Source of the DNA: Octopus vulgaris | Taxonomy: Eukaryota | DNA length: 64,000 bases | Direction of reading: 5' to 3' | NCBI GenBank assembly: GCA_951406725.2 | Contig: OX597843.1 | Span: 18,786,001 to 18,850,000 of the forward strand | In this document: piece after piece, positions 1 to 14,678 of the stretch | Numbering within the stretch: position 1 is the stretch's first letter | Layout of the letters: each line of letters begins with the position of its first letter | Notes under the pieces: model-generated | The model's database searches: none | The model's input: the letters and a program-made list of their open reading frames with translations, nothing else | What the model was told of the DNA's origin: nothing | Position numbers and translations under genes: made by a program

Positions 1-264
1 CTACTAATACTACTGTTGCTGCTGCTACTGCTGCTATTGTTATTATTGTGACGGTGAACTGGAAGAATCGTTATTACGTCGAACGAAATGTTTAATCGCA
101 TTTCTTCCGACTTTGTACGTTCCAAATTCAAGTTATACTAATACATCTGTTTGATTTCTACACCACCTGTCTTCGTCTTTTGTTTTTTTTTCGTGAATTC
201 TCCCTGTACATATATATATATATATATAAAATCAAAAATGAGCAACAAGAATGGATCCGGTAAT

Positions 265-349
265 TTAGCACAATTGTTTCATACTATAAAAATTTATTAA
301 AGCTGCAAATATTACAGCAAATATAATATGTCAAGTAATCTTCAGCTAA
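265..349 (-). ncRNA. degenerate minimal type I hammerhead ribozyme (cleavage triplet GUG, probably inactive)
   Basis: Minus strand reads TTAG-CTGAAGA-TTACT..AGTAT-GAAAC-AATT-GTG-CTAA; homologous to 19546-19639. Confidence 0.7.
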
Positions 350-356
350 TTTCGTA

Positions 357-627
357 TAGGTTTTCCAATAATGTAAAGGTCTCAAATCAATTAGTAACAT
401 CCTAGAGAGTGTAAGTATACCGATAAAGTTGTAGATATGAGTTTCAGGAACTTGAAGTAGGATACCAGGCAAACCAAGATTAAGTTCATATATGTTTTCC
501 AACAATGTAAAGTTCTCAAATCAATTAGTAACATCCCAGAGAAGGTAAATATACCGATAAAGTTGTGGATATGAATTTCAGGAAACATGAAGAAGGATGC
601 CAGTCAGAGCAAGATTAAGTTCACATC
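357..627. repeat. two diverged tandem copies of a ~134-bp unit in the PLE 3' region
   Basis: ttttccaa.aatgtaaag.tctcaaatcaattagtaacatcc starts at 361 and again at 495. Confidence 0.85.
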
Positions 628-2441
628 TAACTGTTGCAAGAAAAAAATTCCTTTAGTTATAAGAATGGTAGTAGGGGAGGTTGAGGAAGCAGATTAGCTG
701 GAGAAAAGAACAGAAGGGGAAAAAATTGGGTGATGTAAAAGGATAAAGACAGATTGACACTAGAAAGAAGGGTCAGTCTATTTCTATGGTGACAGAAAAT
801 TTAGGTCAGTGTGGGAGGAACATTAAATTCTTAAGAGACTGTGAGGTTGACCAAACCTTGCTTTCAAATGAAAGCCATCAGAATTTATAGTAGGAGTTAG
901 GAGAAAGGGAGGTATAAGGAAAGCTATTAGAGGGTCTTAGGTTATCGGCAGAGAAAGAAACAGTAAGAAAATCAAGTTAACACTAGAATAGAAGGCTATT
1001 TATTTTTATTTTTTATTTTATTTTATGGTGAGAAAGAATCTAGGTTACTATCTAGAGGTCAATTAAATTCTATAGCAAATGGTATGGGAACAGTACCTAT
1101 TCAAATTTATAGTGAAAATCAAATTATAACTGGAGGAATAGTATTACATGTTATTTAGAATAGAATTGGGAAAATGTGCAAATCTATGATTAAAGTAAGG
1201 TTAATTTAGTTGACTATAAAGTCAATTAAAAGTTGGCATAGTATGTTTTCTATTTATTATTATATTAAAAAGATACAGTTAGAAAACAATAGGAACACCT
1301 TCAAATTTCTATTTCAAATATTTTAAAGTTCTGATTTTTGAATGAATGCAAGACCGACCTAACTCTAGACGATTATTTAGTAGATTTTTATTTTTTCTAT
1401 ACTTTATAATCTCGTAGGTCTCCATAGAACAGAGTTTACAGCCTACTCAATTATTTCTGTAAGGTATTGCCCTTCTAACTATTTCTCATTTTAGGTTATA
1501 TTTAATATTATTAGTTTTGAGTTCCCAAATTTTGCTAGATAGTGTAGTGCAATCTGCCTTATGATCTAGTCGGAAAGAGGAAAGAGGATTGTTAATTCTC
1601 TGTTTAAAATTAATAGAACAACCGATGTAAAAAAAGTTACTATTAGAAGTTATTATAGTACATTTATAGATTACATTTTGGACTGAACATCGACCAGATG
1701 CCGGACAATTTGATCTAATCCTACAATTGCAAGTGGGGGATAATTTTCAGGTTTGGAATTATTTAAGGACAGTTCTCTCACATTGCTGTTATTCAAATTA
1801 TTATAAATATTATTTTCATTATTATAGGTAAAATTATGTTATCCAAAGTGGGGTTACTATTTATTGATCCATTCACACTATCTTTCACATCTAACATAAC
1901 AATACCTCTATTACCTACATTATTGATATTGCTGTTATTATTATTTGTATTTATATCAAAGTTATTATTACTGCTATAGATATTATTGCTATCATCATTT
2001 TTGGTATTATTTTTATTTATATCATCCCTATTTTTATCATTATTATTATTATTTCTATTAATATTATTGATATTATTATTATTGTTGTTGCTCACATTTT
2101 GATAATTATTATTATTATTTTTTTTATTTTTGATACTATTATTACAATTATTATTACTATTCATGTTGATACTAATTTTACTAATCCTGGCTAACATAAT
2201 GTTTCTACTATTAAGTCTAGCTATTATGGTGGACATATTAGGGAGGGTTAAATATGAAATCCTAACTGTTCTCTTAGAAATTATTCTATGATATTTATGA
2301 GAGGTTGGAAAATATTTTTCTAGTCTAGATTTGAATCTACTGTATATATTCGATAAAATCGCACAGTTAAAAGGAATATTTAGCCAAATGATATTTTCTT
2401 TTTTAAATTTTCTTAAATTAGAGTTGGGGTGAGATGTTTTA

Positions 2442-5400
2442 GTCTTCAGGTTCTACATTTTGCTGATTTCTATTTCAAAATCTTTATATTTGCTCAGTTT
2501 TTGGTAGGTCTTGACAGATATGTTTATATCGATTGGGACAGTCATATCAATGAGGATACATGTTCTTTGTCTGAAGTCTTTCAATATGATATCTGACCTA
2601 TTTGCATCTATCTTTCTGTCAGTTTGAATGGTGAAGTTCCAGAGGAGTGAGATGTGGTCATTTTCAAGCATTGGAGGTGGTTTGTGTTCCCACCAGTTTT
2701 TATCATGGGGCAAGTCCAGGCTTCTGCAAATTACCAAGTGAATATATTGTGCAGCTCTATCATGCCTGTTGAGATACTCTGTAGGCGCAAGAAGACTGTA
2801 CTTGGAGACAACATGATCAATGGTCTCAGTTTGTTGTTGACATACACGACATGTTGGGCTACTGCCGTCCTTTAATATGTTGGCCTGGTAGTTCCTTGTA
2901 GGTAGGCATTGATCTTGAGCTGCGATGATGAACCCTTCTGTTTCAGATTTTAAGTCAGAGGTCTTAAGCCATTGATGGGTCAGGGCTTTGTCAACATCTG
3001 CTTTATTCGCTCTCTTTGGGTATTTGCCATAGAGAGGTTTTTCTTGACGTTTATCATTCAGAATATCTAAGGCCACAGTTTTAGCACGGGTTTTCATGTG
3101 CTTAGCTTTTTCTGTGCTTTTTCTTGTATGTCTAATTTCGAAATTTGTTGTATTCGCAATTCACTTAGATATTCCTTTGCCTGTTTTGTTACTGAGTATG
3201 ATACTTGCTAATTTTCATGTTTTGAGACAAGTTTTAACATCCAGTCCTCAGAGTTTTTCAGGTAGGTGTCTAGGCCATTTGTAGCAATCTTCATTGTTAT
3301 TGCCAGTTGTAAAAGTCCACGGCCTCCCTCTTCTCTTGGCAGATAAAGTCGTTCTGTATCTGCCTTAGGGTGGTGCATTCTATGCATTGTCAACAGTTCT
3401 CGTATTTTTCTGTCAAGATTAAATATTTCAGTAATTGACCAGTTAACGATATTGAAACTGTAAGTCACGACTGGTATGGCTAAAGCTTTGATCGCTTAGA
3501 TCCTGTTTCTCGCATTCCGCTCTGTCTTGAGTATTGCTCTTACTCTGCGATAACATTCTCTCCTGATCCTTTCCTTCATCACTGAATGCCTTATTCCATC
3601 CCCTTCAATTACCCCTAGATACTTGTAGCTCTCCGCTGGGTCTAATTCTTTTATGACATTCTGCTGGTCGAGGTAAACGTTAGATGTTTCTGTCATTTTT
3701 CCTTTGATAAAGGTGGCTTTTGCACATTTATCGAGGCCAAATTGCATTCTGATGTCATCACTGAATTGTTTAACAATCTCTAGTAAGCCCTTGAGTTGTT
3801 GGTCATTTTTGCAAAGAGCTTCAAATCATCCATGTAAATGAGTTGATTTATATTTTTATCAAACCTTTTATATCTGTACTGCGCATCATTGAGCAATTTT
3901 GAGAGAGGTATCAAGGCTAAACAAAAGAGGAGTGGTGATAGTGAGTCACCCTGAAAAATGCCACATGAAATATTTACATCACCAGCATTTAGAGAATCAT
4001 TGTCACTATTCAAATTTAATGTGGTTCTCCATGATCTCATACTTACAGACAAGAGGTTTCGCAGAGTAGGCGCAATTTTGTACATTTCTAGGCATCTCTT
4101 TATCCAGGTAGGCTATCAAAAGCCTTTTCATAGTCTATCCAGGCTATTGACAAGTTTTTGTGTCGTTTGTGACAATCTTCTAAGATCATCTTATTGATGA
4201 GTAGCTGATCTTTACAACCATAAGATCCACGTTTACATCCTTTCTGTTCATTAGCGAATATGCTGCTGTGTGTCAAAAAACTATAGGTATATTCCGTCAG
4301 GACAGATGTTAGCGTTTTAAACATACTTGTTAAGCAGGTTATGGGTCTATAGTTTTTTGGTTCATTTGTTTCTTCACTTTTTGGAAGCAGGAATGTTAAT
4401 CCATTAACTAGCCAAGGAGGCATCCTACTAGGGTGTTGCCAAACATCACTGTAAAGTTCTGTTAGCAGTTCATGGCTCTCTTGGAAGGTATTCAACCAGA
4501 AGTTAGGAATTTTCTCCTGTCCTGGAGACTTCCATTTGCTTGACCTCCTGAGAGCAGATCTTATATCTTCTACCTTGACACCCTCCCACTTTTGCTCTTC
4601 TAAGGAGTCCAGTTCTGTAGATATTCTATCAATCCAGGGGTCCTTTTCGTTGTGTGTTTTTTCTACTGCCCAAATTTTATTCCAAAATCCCCGCACTTCT
4701 TCTTTTGATGGTGTTTTTCCTATCTTCCTGTAAACATTTTTGGGGTTATTTTTTAACATGATGTTGTCCTTGAAGAATCTAACACGTTTTTCATACCTCG
4801 CTATGCGAGCAGCTTTAGCAGATACCTTTTGCTTGATGGTTTCTATGGTGGCATCAATATCAAGTATAGTTTTCATATTATATTTTTTCATTAATTTTGG
4901 GGTTTTTGTAGGTTTAGTAGTCCTGTCAACCTTAAGGTTTTTCAAATATTCAATATAAGATCTAAATAGTTTGATTTGTTGTTGGATACGCTCTTGCCAA
5001 GAAGACTTTTTGTGAGAATGTTGCCGTTTTCTAACCTTTTCACCACATATGATCGTTGAGATTTTCGCGGATGCATAGAATATGTGGTTGAGATCTGTGA
5101 TATCAACATCATTAGCTGAAATTATATCCTTAAGTTCAAGCCGGGTTTTACCAATTATTTTCATGTTTTGGTTAGAGTTTCGGATTTTAGGGAGTGTATC
5201 GCGTTCATCCATACTGGTCTCTTTAATTTTCAGTCATTCAATCATGATTTGATTTTTTAGCTCATGTAGTTCTGTTGTGTCAATATTTGTATGACTTTCT
5301 TCATTTATTTTGATGTTCATCTGTCTTAGTGTTTATGATTGGTTCAGTGAGTATTTCACTTTGCCTATCACTTATACTAACTCTTTCAATCCTTACTTCG

Positions 5401-6153
5401 TTTCTATCAGCCCTGGGCTGGTCTATAATTATTTCCTCTGTATTATCTTCTTTAGCTGCAGCTTCGTTCATTTTATCCGTTACTGCTTGCTTAATTTGAT
5501 CAATCTCTACGTCAGTCAGTAATTTTTTTTTTCATAATGTTTCTTCTGACGTTGGCAAGTTTGTTACTTTCTATGTAGGGTCTTGCTTCAGGGTGTTTCT
5601 GTCTCCAGTTTAAGTATGTTTGTACAGTGTTAGATTTGTCTGTGGGGAAATATATGGAACGGTAGAAGGCCGCAAGAACATCTTTATTATCTTCCCTAGA
5701 ACATTTTCCTTCTTTTTTTTTTGATTATTTGGTGACGGGCATGGGTAGCCATCTGTTGGAATATTCCAGTTGTGGGGTACGTCCAGCTTCTGAGTGTCAG
5801 GAAATTTGATCCAGTAGCTGATCTTTCAATCAGAAGTTGGTTCAATTTTCAGGTACGTCGTCTTTTGTAATCCGCTCGATGACCATTGCGGTTTGTAATT
5901 TGTTTTGTTGACATTGAAGAATGACGAGCTTCGACTCTTACATTAAGAGACGGATCTGTCAGTTTAGGATTTTCTGCACGTAAACATTGTTCGTAGCGCA
6001 GTTTCCTAAGGCTAGCAGATCTGTATTCGTCTGTATTTTTTTTGTTGATAGTTTTATCTCCGAACATAGTTTTTTTTTAACTTATGAAAGGTTCACTCTG
6101 CCTGTGTTAGTTCGAAAAAATGAGAATAAAATACGGAAAAAAAGGATCTGTCA
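2442..6153 (-). mobile_element. R4/Dong-clade non-LTR retrotransposon (RT plus restriction-like endonuclease), frameshifted, extreme 3' end missing
   Basis: ORF fragments 4100..5212 (KSPG, NYRPITCL, EQKGC, WIDYEKAFDS), 3780..4085 (GIFQGDSLSPLLF, YMDD), 3496..3747, 3208..3468 (RLYLPREEGGRGL) and 2453..3097 (CxxC..H zinc finger, RHD, NRSDII..LIDMTVP). The 5' end abuts a TTA/TAA repeat at 6154-6230. Confidence 0.9.
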
Positions 6154-6187
6154 GTTATTATTATTGTTGTTGTTATTATTATTGTTG

Positions 6188-6230
<43 letters not shown>

Positions 6231-6484
6231 CACCATCACCATCATCATCATCATCATCATCAATGATATTGTTTTATGTGTAGTCACAGCAGTAGCTTTT
6301 GGTAAAGAGGTCATGTTCTATATGTCTATAAATAGATTCAGCAGATGGTAGAGAGGTCAGCCAAAGAGACAAAGGACATTTTAAGTCAGGAGAGGTCAAA
6401 CCTTTTTACTAGTACCAGCGCTGCCTTGAAAAGCAATTCAGCTTGTTATATTTGTAATTAACGGTAGGAAGAGAGAAAACAAAA

Positions 6485-6525
<41 letters not shown>

Positions 6526-7737
6526 CACACACATATGTATATGTATATGTATACTCACACACACATATTATCTGATATTCACGTCTATGATTTTTTAAAT
6601 TTCTGAATTCAATTGTGTTGTTGCAATAAAAGTTGTGTTTACGTATTTGGGTAATATATTCAAGTTTTTAAGTATTCTTGAGATGTTCGTTTGTCTGTCT
6701 ATTTGGAAAATACAATAAGACTTTTGCAATGGGAAGAAGAATGTTTAGAAAAGAAAACAAGTTGTGGCTAGTAAAGTTCTAAGATTTACTAAATATGGTC
6801 TTTTGTATGACTGCACAGAGAGAAATGATAGTGTTCTTAGAATAAAAAGGAGGATGATATTTACATTTTCGAATACTCAGGGGAGAGGAAAGGATACGTT
6901 GTCGCACATTAGTTGTAGATATTAAAGAATTTTTTTGTTTTTTTTGTATTTTAAACTGACCGTTTGTGTGTTCGATAACTGTAGGTATGTAAGTTTCCTA
7001 ACTTATTTTATTTTGAGGGAGATTTTAAATATTTACAGGGAATTGTAGATATTCCAGTCTTTGGGAACAGTAGGAGGAAGAGCGGGTTCACCCTGTTGGG
7101 TTTTTAAATTTCTGAATTTCTTTTTCTTTTGAAATTTTTCATTTATTTTTAAAAGTTTTGCTGTGGTTTACAGTTTTTGTAATTGTGCAGTAAGTACATA
7201 TTAGCAGGTGCTTACTACCATAATTTTTTATCGTGCATTTAATTGTGTTGTTACAATAAAAGGCAATTTTACATATTCTGATAGTCAAGGAAGAAGGGAC
7301 GACAAAATGTTCACACAAACTTGGAGATATTTATGTTTCTAATTTTTTTGTTAGGGGTTCGTTTGTATGTCCAAAGCTGTAGATATGTAAGTTCCTTAAC
7401 TTATTTTGAGGGAAATTCAAATTACTCACAGAAAGCAGTAGATCTTCCAGTTTTTTACAGTTGTTTTTTCAGTTGTCCTACTGGGTTAGCTGCTGACAGG
7501 CCAGAGCAGCGAAAAACACGTCCATTTTCTTCTTCTTTTTATTATTATTATTATTGTTGTTGTTGTTGTTGTTATTATTATTATTATTATTATTGTTGTT
7601 GTTGTTATTATTATTAATATTATTATTATTATTATTATTATTATGTATTATTATAGTTACTGCTGACAGAAAAGACGGCATGAAAATGATACGGAAAATA
7701 AAATTAAGATTAAAAGAATAAAGTCTTATCTTAGTAA

Positions 7738-7965
7738 TTATTTCAAAACTACGTTTCTAGTAAAAACCCTGCCACTAGTTAGTTTAACTTGTTTGTGATA
7801 TTTTTTTGTCAAAATTGTAATATTATTGTAGCTTCTACTTCTGCTCAATGCAAAATAATATTGTCCATGGTTGAATACCCATGATGGTAGGGTGATGCCA
7901 ACATTACTGAAGCTCTGCCTTTGTGATTTGTTTATAATCATTGCAAATGCTGGGATAACAGTCAT
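7738..7965 (-). mobile_element. Helitron PIF1-like helicase C-terminal fragment
   Basis: AFAMIINKSQRQSFSNVGITL..VFNHGQYYFALSR matches the Helitron helicase motif AFAMTINKSQGQ..VFSHGQLYVALSR. Confidence 0.8.
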
Positions 7966-8554
7966 CTCATTAGGAAGGAGGGAAACTAATGCGCGAAATA
8001 TCTGCGTCTATCTCAGTAAATATATGATGACAAAAATATAAGCACACCACCAAATTGCGTTTGCATCACAGCTATTACTCTCATTTCACGTCCTAAATAG
8101 CGCGTAGTGAACACGACGCTCTCTTTACTACTTTCTCCCTCCCATTCCTATTACTTTCTCTCAAGCCCCGTCAGTCATGGCAATGACTCTCACTACGTCA
8201 CCTTCACACAATTACTATTTTCTATCCTGTCGCTTCAAATGCATACCAGGAGACATACAAGGAAACCGAACGAAAGCAAACATGGAGGGCCGTTAGACCA
8301 CAACGAGGGTAAAATATATATATGTACGTACATACATACACGCATACATACACAACTACATACATAAATACATGCATACGTACGTTTATGTGTGTGTATA
8401 TCTGCAGGTACAGACTTGGACGTGTAGTAACAAGTTTTAAAAAAAACCATAGACTTAGATTCGATCCGTCTGTGCAGGACCTTCAGCAAGCGTCATCTAT
8501 TAAACCCCAACGTCTTTGTGAGTGAATTTGGTAAAGAGAAACTGGAAGATTCCA

Positions 8555-8589
<35 letters not shown>

Positions 8590-8943
8590 AATGCCCCTCA
8601 CTCTATCTCTCTCTCTCATTATTACGGATAACTATATATATATATATATATTATAGATGGTGTAATTTAATTTTTCATTATTGAATTGATAAAAGGTGGT
8701 TTTATATATATATATATATATATATATACTGTCTTATATTCCTCCCCACCACTACAAACTCAATACCACTATAAAATGGTCAAAACTCTTCACACAGGAA
8801 CTTATTTTGATTTGAAAACTCCACTAGAATGGGAGAAAGTGCTAATACATGATCTAAGTTATATGATATATAAAAAATGTAATATACAAATAAATATTTG
8901 TAAATATAAACCATCCGATTTTCTGAGTACCTCATTTCTTCTA

Positions 8944-8951
<8 letters not shown>

Positions 8952-9032
<81 letters not shown>

Positions 9033-9138
9033 TGTGTGCGTGTGTGTATGTGTGTGTATGTGTGTGTGTATGTGCGTGTGTGTGTGTCTGCGTGTGTGTA
9101 TATGTGTATGTGTGTGTGTGCGTGTGTGTATATGTGTA
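8952..9138. repeat. (TG)n microsatellite
   Basis: Direct reading. Confidence 0.95.
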
Positions 9139-9719
9139 TTATCGCACACTCTGATGCCTGGTGTAAGGTTGCATCGTGTTGATTCAATATTGAAGCAATG
9201 GCATGCAACCGTATTCTACATTCCACCAATAACAGTAACTAATTCTGAAGTTATTATTACTGCATACTGGTGGTTCAATTTTCAACCACCAGGATGTAAC
9301 TTGATGCTAATGCTTAGGACATCCGTGCAGTAGAAATGCGTGTCGTTCAAAGATTTAAAATGACTAAATTGTATAATATATATAATAATATGGTACAAAA
9401 TAAGTTTCTGCATGTGTAATTTTTCGTTCTTATTTTAATGTCTTTTACACAGGATAAAACCCGAAATAGTGAACTCGGAATTTTGGAACTAAGTGGAAGA
9501 CAATGATTGTTTACCATAAAGAGTTTCCCGTCTTGTCGTACCATTCGAAGTGGTTGACCAGAGCCTGGATTGTATTACAATGCTTGTAAGTTGCGTCCCA
9601 TGATTTGATTTTCCTCTCCCTTTATATTATGTATATGTGTGTGTGAATGTGTGTGTCTGTGTGTGTGTTTGTTTGTGTGAATATACGTATATGTAAATGA
9701 ATATATATATATATATATC

Positions 9720-9806
9720 GACAGATAGAGAAACACTGATAGATAGAGAGATAGATAGATAGAGATACAGACAATGATTGATAGATAGCTAGACAGACAG
9801 ACACAT

Positions 9807-9872
<66 letters not shown>

Positions 9873-9934
9873 GGTAGATAGATAGAAAGATAGATAGATA
9901 GGTAGATAGATAGATAGAAAGATAGATAGATAGG

Positions 9935-10015
<81 letters not shown>

Positions 10016-10042
10016 GATAGATAGATAGATAGATAGATAGAT
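9720..10042. repeat. (GATA)n microsatellite flanking a Tx1 3' end
   Basis: Direct reading. Confidence 0.95.
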
Positions 10043-12151
10043 ATGTTTCTTTATTAGCTACACAGGGCTGCACACAGACAACAAATTACAAGGTAGAGCT
10101 TTTCTTTTGGGGGTAAAATATAGGGGGTTGGTTTTCGATCAAAGGGGATCGTAAAAGGAAAGAAAGAGGATAAAAAAAGGGGAGGATTTTTTAAAAAAAG
10201 GAGGGGGGAGAAGGAAAAAAAGAAAAGGGGAGAGGAAAAAAAGTTGATCAATAGAGATCGTAATCACAGAAATGTCAATGTGAAGTGTAAAGGGAAGGAC
10301 AGGTTAGGTTTACCCGTGGAAAGAAAAGCCTACGGAAAATACCACGGTAACCTCGGTCAATGAAGTCACATGTTATATTTCTTTTTTTCTTTGTTTTTTT
10401 TTTTGCAAATAAGCAACTCTCTGTATTAATTTTTACGGTTCATAGAATCATAGTCAAGGTGGCTTCGTCATTCATATGTGCCAATTTTGCTACATTCACC
10501 CATCTTTTTTTAAAACATTCACTAGACAAAACTTGCATCTCTACTCTCACTTTCCTCTTCAAGTGATACTTGAAGAAGTTGATGAGAGATTGACCAGAGA
10601 GGAAAGTGTTTGTCTCTAATCCTTTCAGGCGCGTCCACCAGATACATTCTTTCGCCATAGCCACAAGTATGATAAAAATAGCTTTTCCTTCCCGTTTGAA
10701 GAAAGGAGGCGTGACGATATTAACGATAGACTCGGCTGATAAACCGACACGTCCCACACGTGACAGCAGTCGTTCGACATAAGACCACAGGTCGGAAATT
10801 GCTGGACACTGCACGATTGCGTGCAGAGCAGTTTCGTCGCTCTGCCCGCATCTCGGGCAGGTCGGCTCCGTGTTTCTCGAGCCATGCCTATAGAGCTTAT
10901 CCCGAACGGGTAGCGCTTCTCAGTAGCACCGCCAGGCCAGGGATCTCTGGAAGTTGTCCATAGGTCCCGGGCCGAAAGTCGTTTGAAACAGGCGGGTTAG
11001 GTATTCCTCGTCGACGCCCAGGTTTGCCCCGAGATCGTCGTCGTACCTCCCCTCCACTAATCCCCTATAGAATGCTTTGGTTGTGTTGAAGTCACTGAAG
11101 GTCGACCCGGGACGGCAGAGTTGCTTGAGAGCAACGCAACACTCGCGGTGCCATTCGCCCTTCCTCGGTCTCTTTTTGATCCACGACTGTAGTTCGGTCA
11201 TGGAGACGAGTTGCGGGAATGCGTGCCTCACAAACGGCGACCACACCTGTTCACTGTCGTCTACATAGAGCCGGAGATGGTGCAGTCTCAGCGCGTGTCT
11301 GCGCATCATCAACCACGGCATGCCCAACCCTCCTTTTAACGGGTGTTGACAGCAAATGGATCGCCTGACCATCGGGACGCATCCTATCCACAAGAAGCGG
11401 AAGAGAATGCGTTCTAGTTTGGTGATGGTAGGGTCGGGACAAGGTACGACGGTCAGGCGGTAGTAGATGATGGACGCGATGTACGTGTTCGCCACCTCCG
11501 CCCGACCATTTAGGGACAGTTTCCTCTCGGCCCATTGCTGGGCGAGAGTGACCACCCTACTCGTTATCTCGTTCCAGTTCTTCTCCATTTGGCAGTCCGG
11601 ACCGAACCAGACCCCGAGCAACTCAACCGGGCGTCCCAACTGTCCAGCGTCCCACGACGGAGGTACTGGTGGACGGCATGGGCTTGCTTCTCCAGGTGCC
11701 GAGCCGCAAGCCCACTGACTTTTCCCGGTTGATTTTTGCTCCTGTCACCGCTTCGTAGTCTTTCAGTGTCTCGCCGACCCACTCGATGTGCTCGTGGCTT
11801 GACACTATGACGGTGACGTCGTCCGCGTATGCAGACACGTTCGTCCCGCATCCCAATTCTCGCGGGATGCCCCTCAGAGTCGCCAGCTTCCGCAGTAGTG
11901 GCTCAAGAGTCAATACGTATAGAAGGGCCGAGAGGGGGCATCCCTGACGGACCGAACGTGCAATGTCCAAAGGTCTCGATAGATGTCCATTTACACGAAT
12001 TACCGAACGGATGCCTCTGTACAAGGCAGCTATCCAGCCGCGGAAGACGGGACCGAAACCAGCCGCTCTCAGGACTGCCTCCAAGTATCGATGGTCTACC
12101 CTATCGAAGGCTTTCGATTGATCCAAGTTGATCAGGGCCCCACCAATGCCA
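10043..12151 (-). mobile_element. 5'-truncated Tx1/L1-clade LINE (RT C-terminal half, CCHC region, 3' UTR)
   Basis: LDQSKAFDRVDH, VRQGCPLS, AYADD, LSLNGRAEVAN, GGLGMP, CPRCGQSDET..H..C. The 3' end AATAAAGAAA is followed by (TCTA)n, and the 5' truncation is fused to a (GATA)n array. Confidence 0.92.
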
Positions 12152-12408
<257 letters not shown>

Positions 12409-13367
12409 ACTTTCTTTTATTAGGCACACAGGGCTGAATACAGAGGGGACAAATACAAATGTAGAGCTTTTCTTTTCGAGGGTGGGAAAAAAAGGGGGAA
12501 AATAAATGTAAGATTGCGATCAAAAGGTGTCGAGGGGAGGAAAAAAAAGAAAAGAAATCGTGTATCACAGAAATAATGATAAAAACATTGATAAAACAAG
12601 ATTGGGTTCATCCGTGGGAAGAAAAGCCTACAGAAAAGACCACGGGAACCTCAGTTTCTTTTTTACGATCTACAGGATCATGCTTAAAATGGTTTCGTCA
12701 CTCGCACGCACCATCTTTGCAACATTCACCCATCTTTTTTTAATCTTTCGCGAGACAAAACTTCCCTCTCCATTCTCACCTTCCTTTTCAAGTGGTACTT
12801 GAAAAAGTTGATGAGCGATTGGCCAGAGAGGTAAGTGTTTGTCTCTAATCCTTTCGCTCGGGTCCACCACACACATTCTTTCACCATGGCCACCAGTACG
12901 ATGAAAACTGCCTTGCCTTCCCGGTTGAGGGAAGGGGGCGGAGCAATTCTCACGATAGACTCGGTCGATAGGTGGATTCGTCCCACACGTGACAGCAGCC
13001 GTTCGGCATAAGCCCACAGGTCTGAAATGGTTGGACATTGCACGAGTGCGTGCAGAACGGTTTCGTCGCTCTGAGCGCATCTCGGGCAAGTCGGGCCAGT
13101 GTGTCTGGAACCGTGACTGTAGAGCTTATCCCGAACAGGTAATGCTTCTCGATAGCACTGCCAGGCCAGGGATCTTTGGTGATTGTTCATAGGTCCCGGC
13201 CCGAAAGTTGTCCTGAACAGGCGGGTCAGGTACTCCTCGTCGACGCCCAGACTCTGCCCGAGTTCGTCGTCGCACCTCCCCTCCACTAATCCTCTATAGA
13301 ATGCCTTTGTTGTGATGGAGTCGCACAAGTTCGATCCCGGACGGCAGAGTTGCTTGAGAGCAACGCG

Positions 13368-14678
13368 TCACTCGCGGTGCCATTCGCCTAGCCTCGGTCT
13401 CTGCTTGATCCATGACTGTAGTTTGTCCAAGGAGACGAGCTGCGGGAAAGCGCGCCGCACAAAAGGCGACCACACCTGTTCACCGTTGTCTATGAAGCGC
13501 CGGAGATGTCGCGGTCTCAGCGCATGTCTGCGCATCATCAACCACGGCATGCCCAGCCCTCCATTTAGCGGGTGTTGACAGCAAATGGATCGCCTAACCA
13601 TCGGAACGTTTCCCTTCCACAGGAAGCGGAAGAGTATACGTTCCAGTTTGGTGATGGTAGGGTCGGGACAAGGCACGACGGTCAGACGATACTCGATGAC
13701 GGATGCGATGTACGCGTTCGCCACCTCCGCCCGACCTTTTAGGGATAGCTTTCTCTCAGCCCATTTCTGGGTGAGAGTAGCCACCCTAGTCGTTATCTCG
13801 CCCCAGTTCTTCTCCATTTGGAGGTCCGGACCGAACCAGACCCCGAGGAATTTAACCGGTCCGTCCGTCCAGCGTCCCACGATGGAGACGCTGTTGGACG
13901 GCATGGGCCTGCTTCTCCAGGTGCCGAGACGCAAGCCCACTGACTTTTCCCGGTTAATTTTTGCTCCCGTTACCGCTTCATATTCTTTTAGTGTCTCGCC
14001 GACCAGCTCGATGTGCTGGTAGCTCGACACTATGACGGTGACGTCATTCGCGTATGCAGACACGCTCCTCCCGCATCCCAGCTCTCGTGGGATGCCCCTC
14101 AGCGTCGCCAGTTTCCGCAGTAGTGGCTCAAGAGTCAATATATACAGCAGCGATGAGAGGGGGCATCCCTGACGAACCGAACGCATGATGTTAAAAGGTC
14201 TGGATAGATGACTATTTACGCGAACTACTGAGCGGATGCCGCTGTATAAGGCAGCGATCCAACCGCGGAAAGCTGAACCGAAACCAGCCGCCTTAAGGAC
14301 AGCCTCCAAGTAGTGATGGTCTACCCTATCGAAAGCTTTTGATTGATCCAAATTGATCAGCGCCCCACCCATACCAGGATTCTTAACTACCCTGTCTATG
14401 ATGTAGCGCATCAGATGGAGGTTGTCATGAATACTTCTACCCGGCACGGCGCATGTTTGCGCCTTGTCGATTAGTTTCTTGATGACAAGCGCCAACCTCT
14501 CGGCTAACACCTTGGCCAAAATTTTCAAATATGCGTTGAGCAGAGTGATGGGCCTGAAATTATCTATGACGCCCCCCTTGTTTGGGTCTTTCTTAATCAG
14601 TGCCACTGCTCCTCGTTTTGCTGCCAGTTGCAGTAGACAGCTGCCAAGACGCCTCCAAACAAGTCTGGCATATGACAA
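13368..14678 (-). pseudogene. Tx1 ORF2 reverse transcriptase segment
   Basis: NFRPITLLN, QTCAVPGRSIHDN, LDQSKAFDRV, RQGCPLS and SAYANDV (catalytic D changed to N). Confidence 0.88.

Larger units (their letters stand above)
230..2441 (-). mobile_element. 5'-truncated, decayed Penelope-like retroelement (GIY-YIG endonuclease C-terminal half plus 3' pseudo-LTR)
   Basis: Manual minus-strand translation gives IIWLNIPFN..KYFP..RISY..PNM (~2230-2400), an Asn-rich linker (ORF 1793..2236), TCNCRIRSNCPASGRCSVQNVIYKC..YIG (~1620-1735) and TLSSKIWELK..EIVRRAIPY..CKLCSME (~1420-1580). There is a hammerhead motif at 265-349, and the 3' end abuts (TA)n at ~210-228. Confidence 0.85.

Noticed and set aside
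6590-7480. Diverged direct repeats (6960-7058 versus 7358-7451; 6610-6650 versus 7240-7280)
   Set aside because: Real but short and decayed; no recognisable element or structure could be assigned.
8686-9333. Long ORFs rich in CV/HT/IY dipeptides, also YLSI, poly-N/I/L and the FFLS/KKER ORFs at 57145-58225
   Set aside because: They are translations of microsatellites, with no coding evidence.
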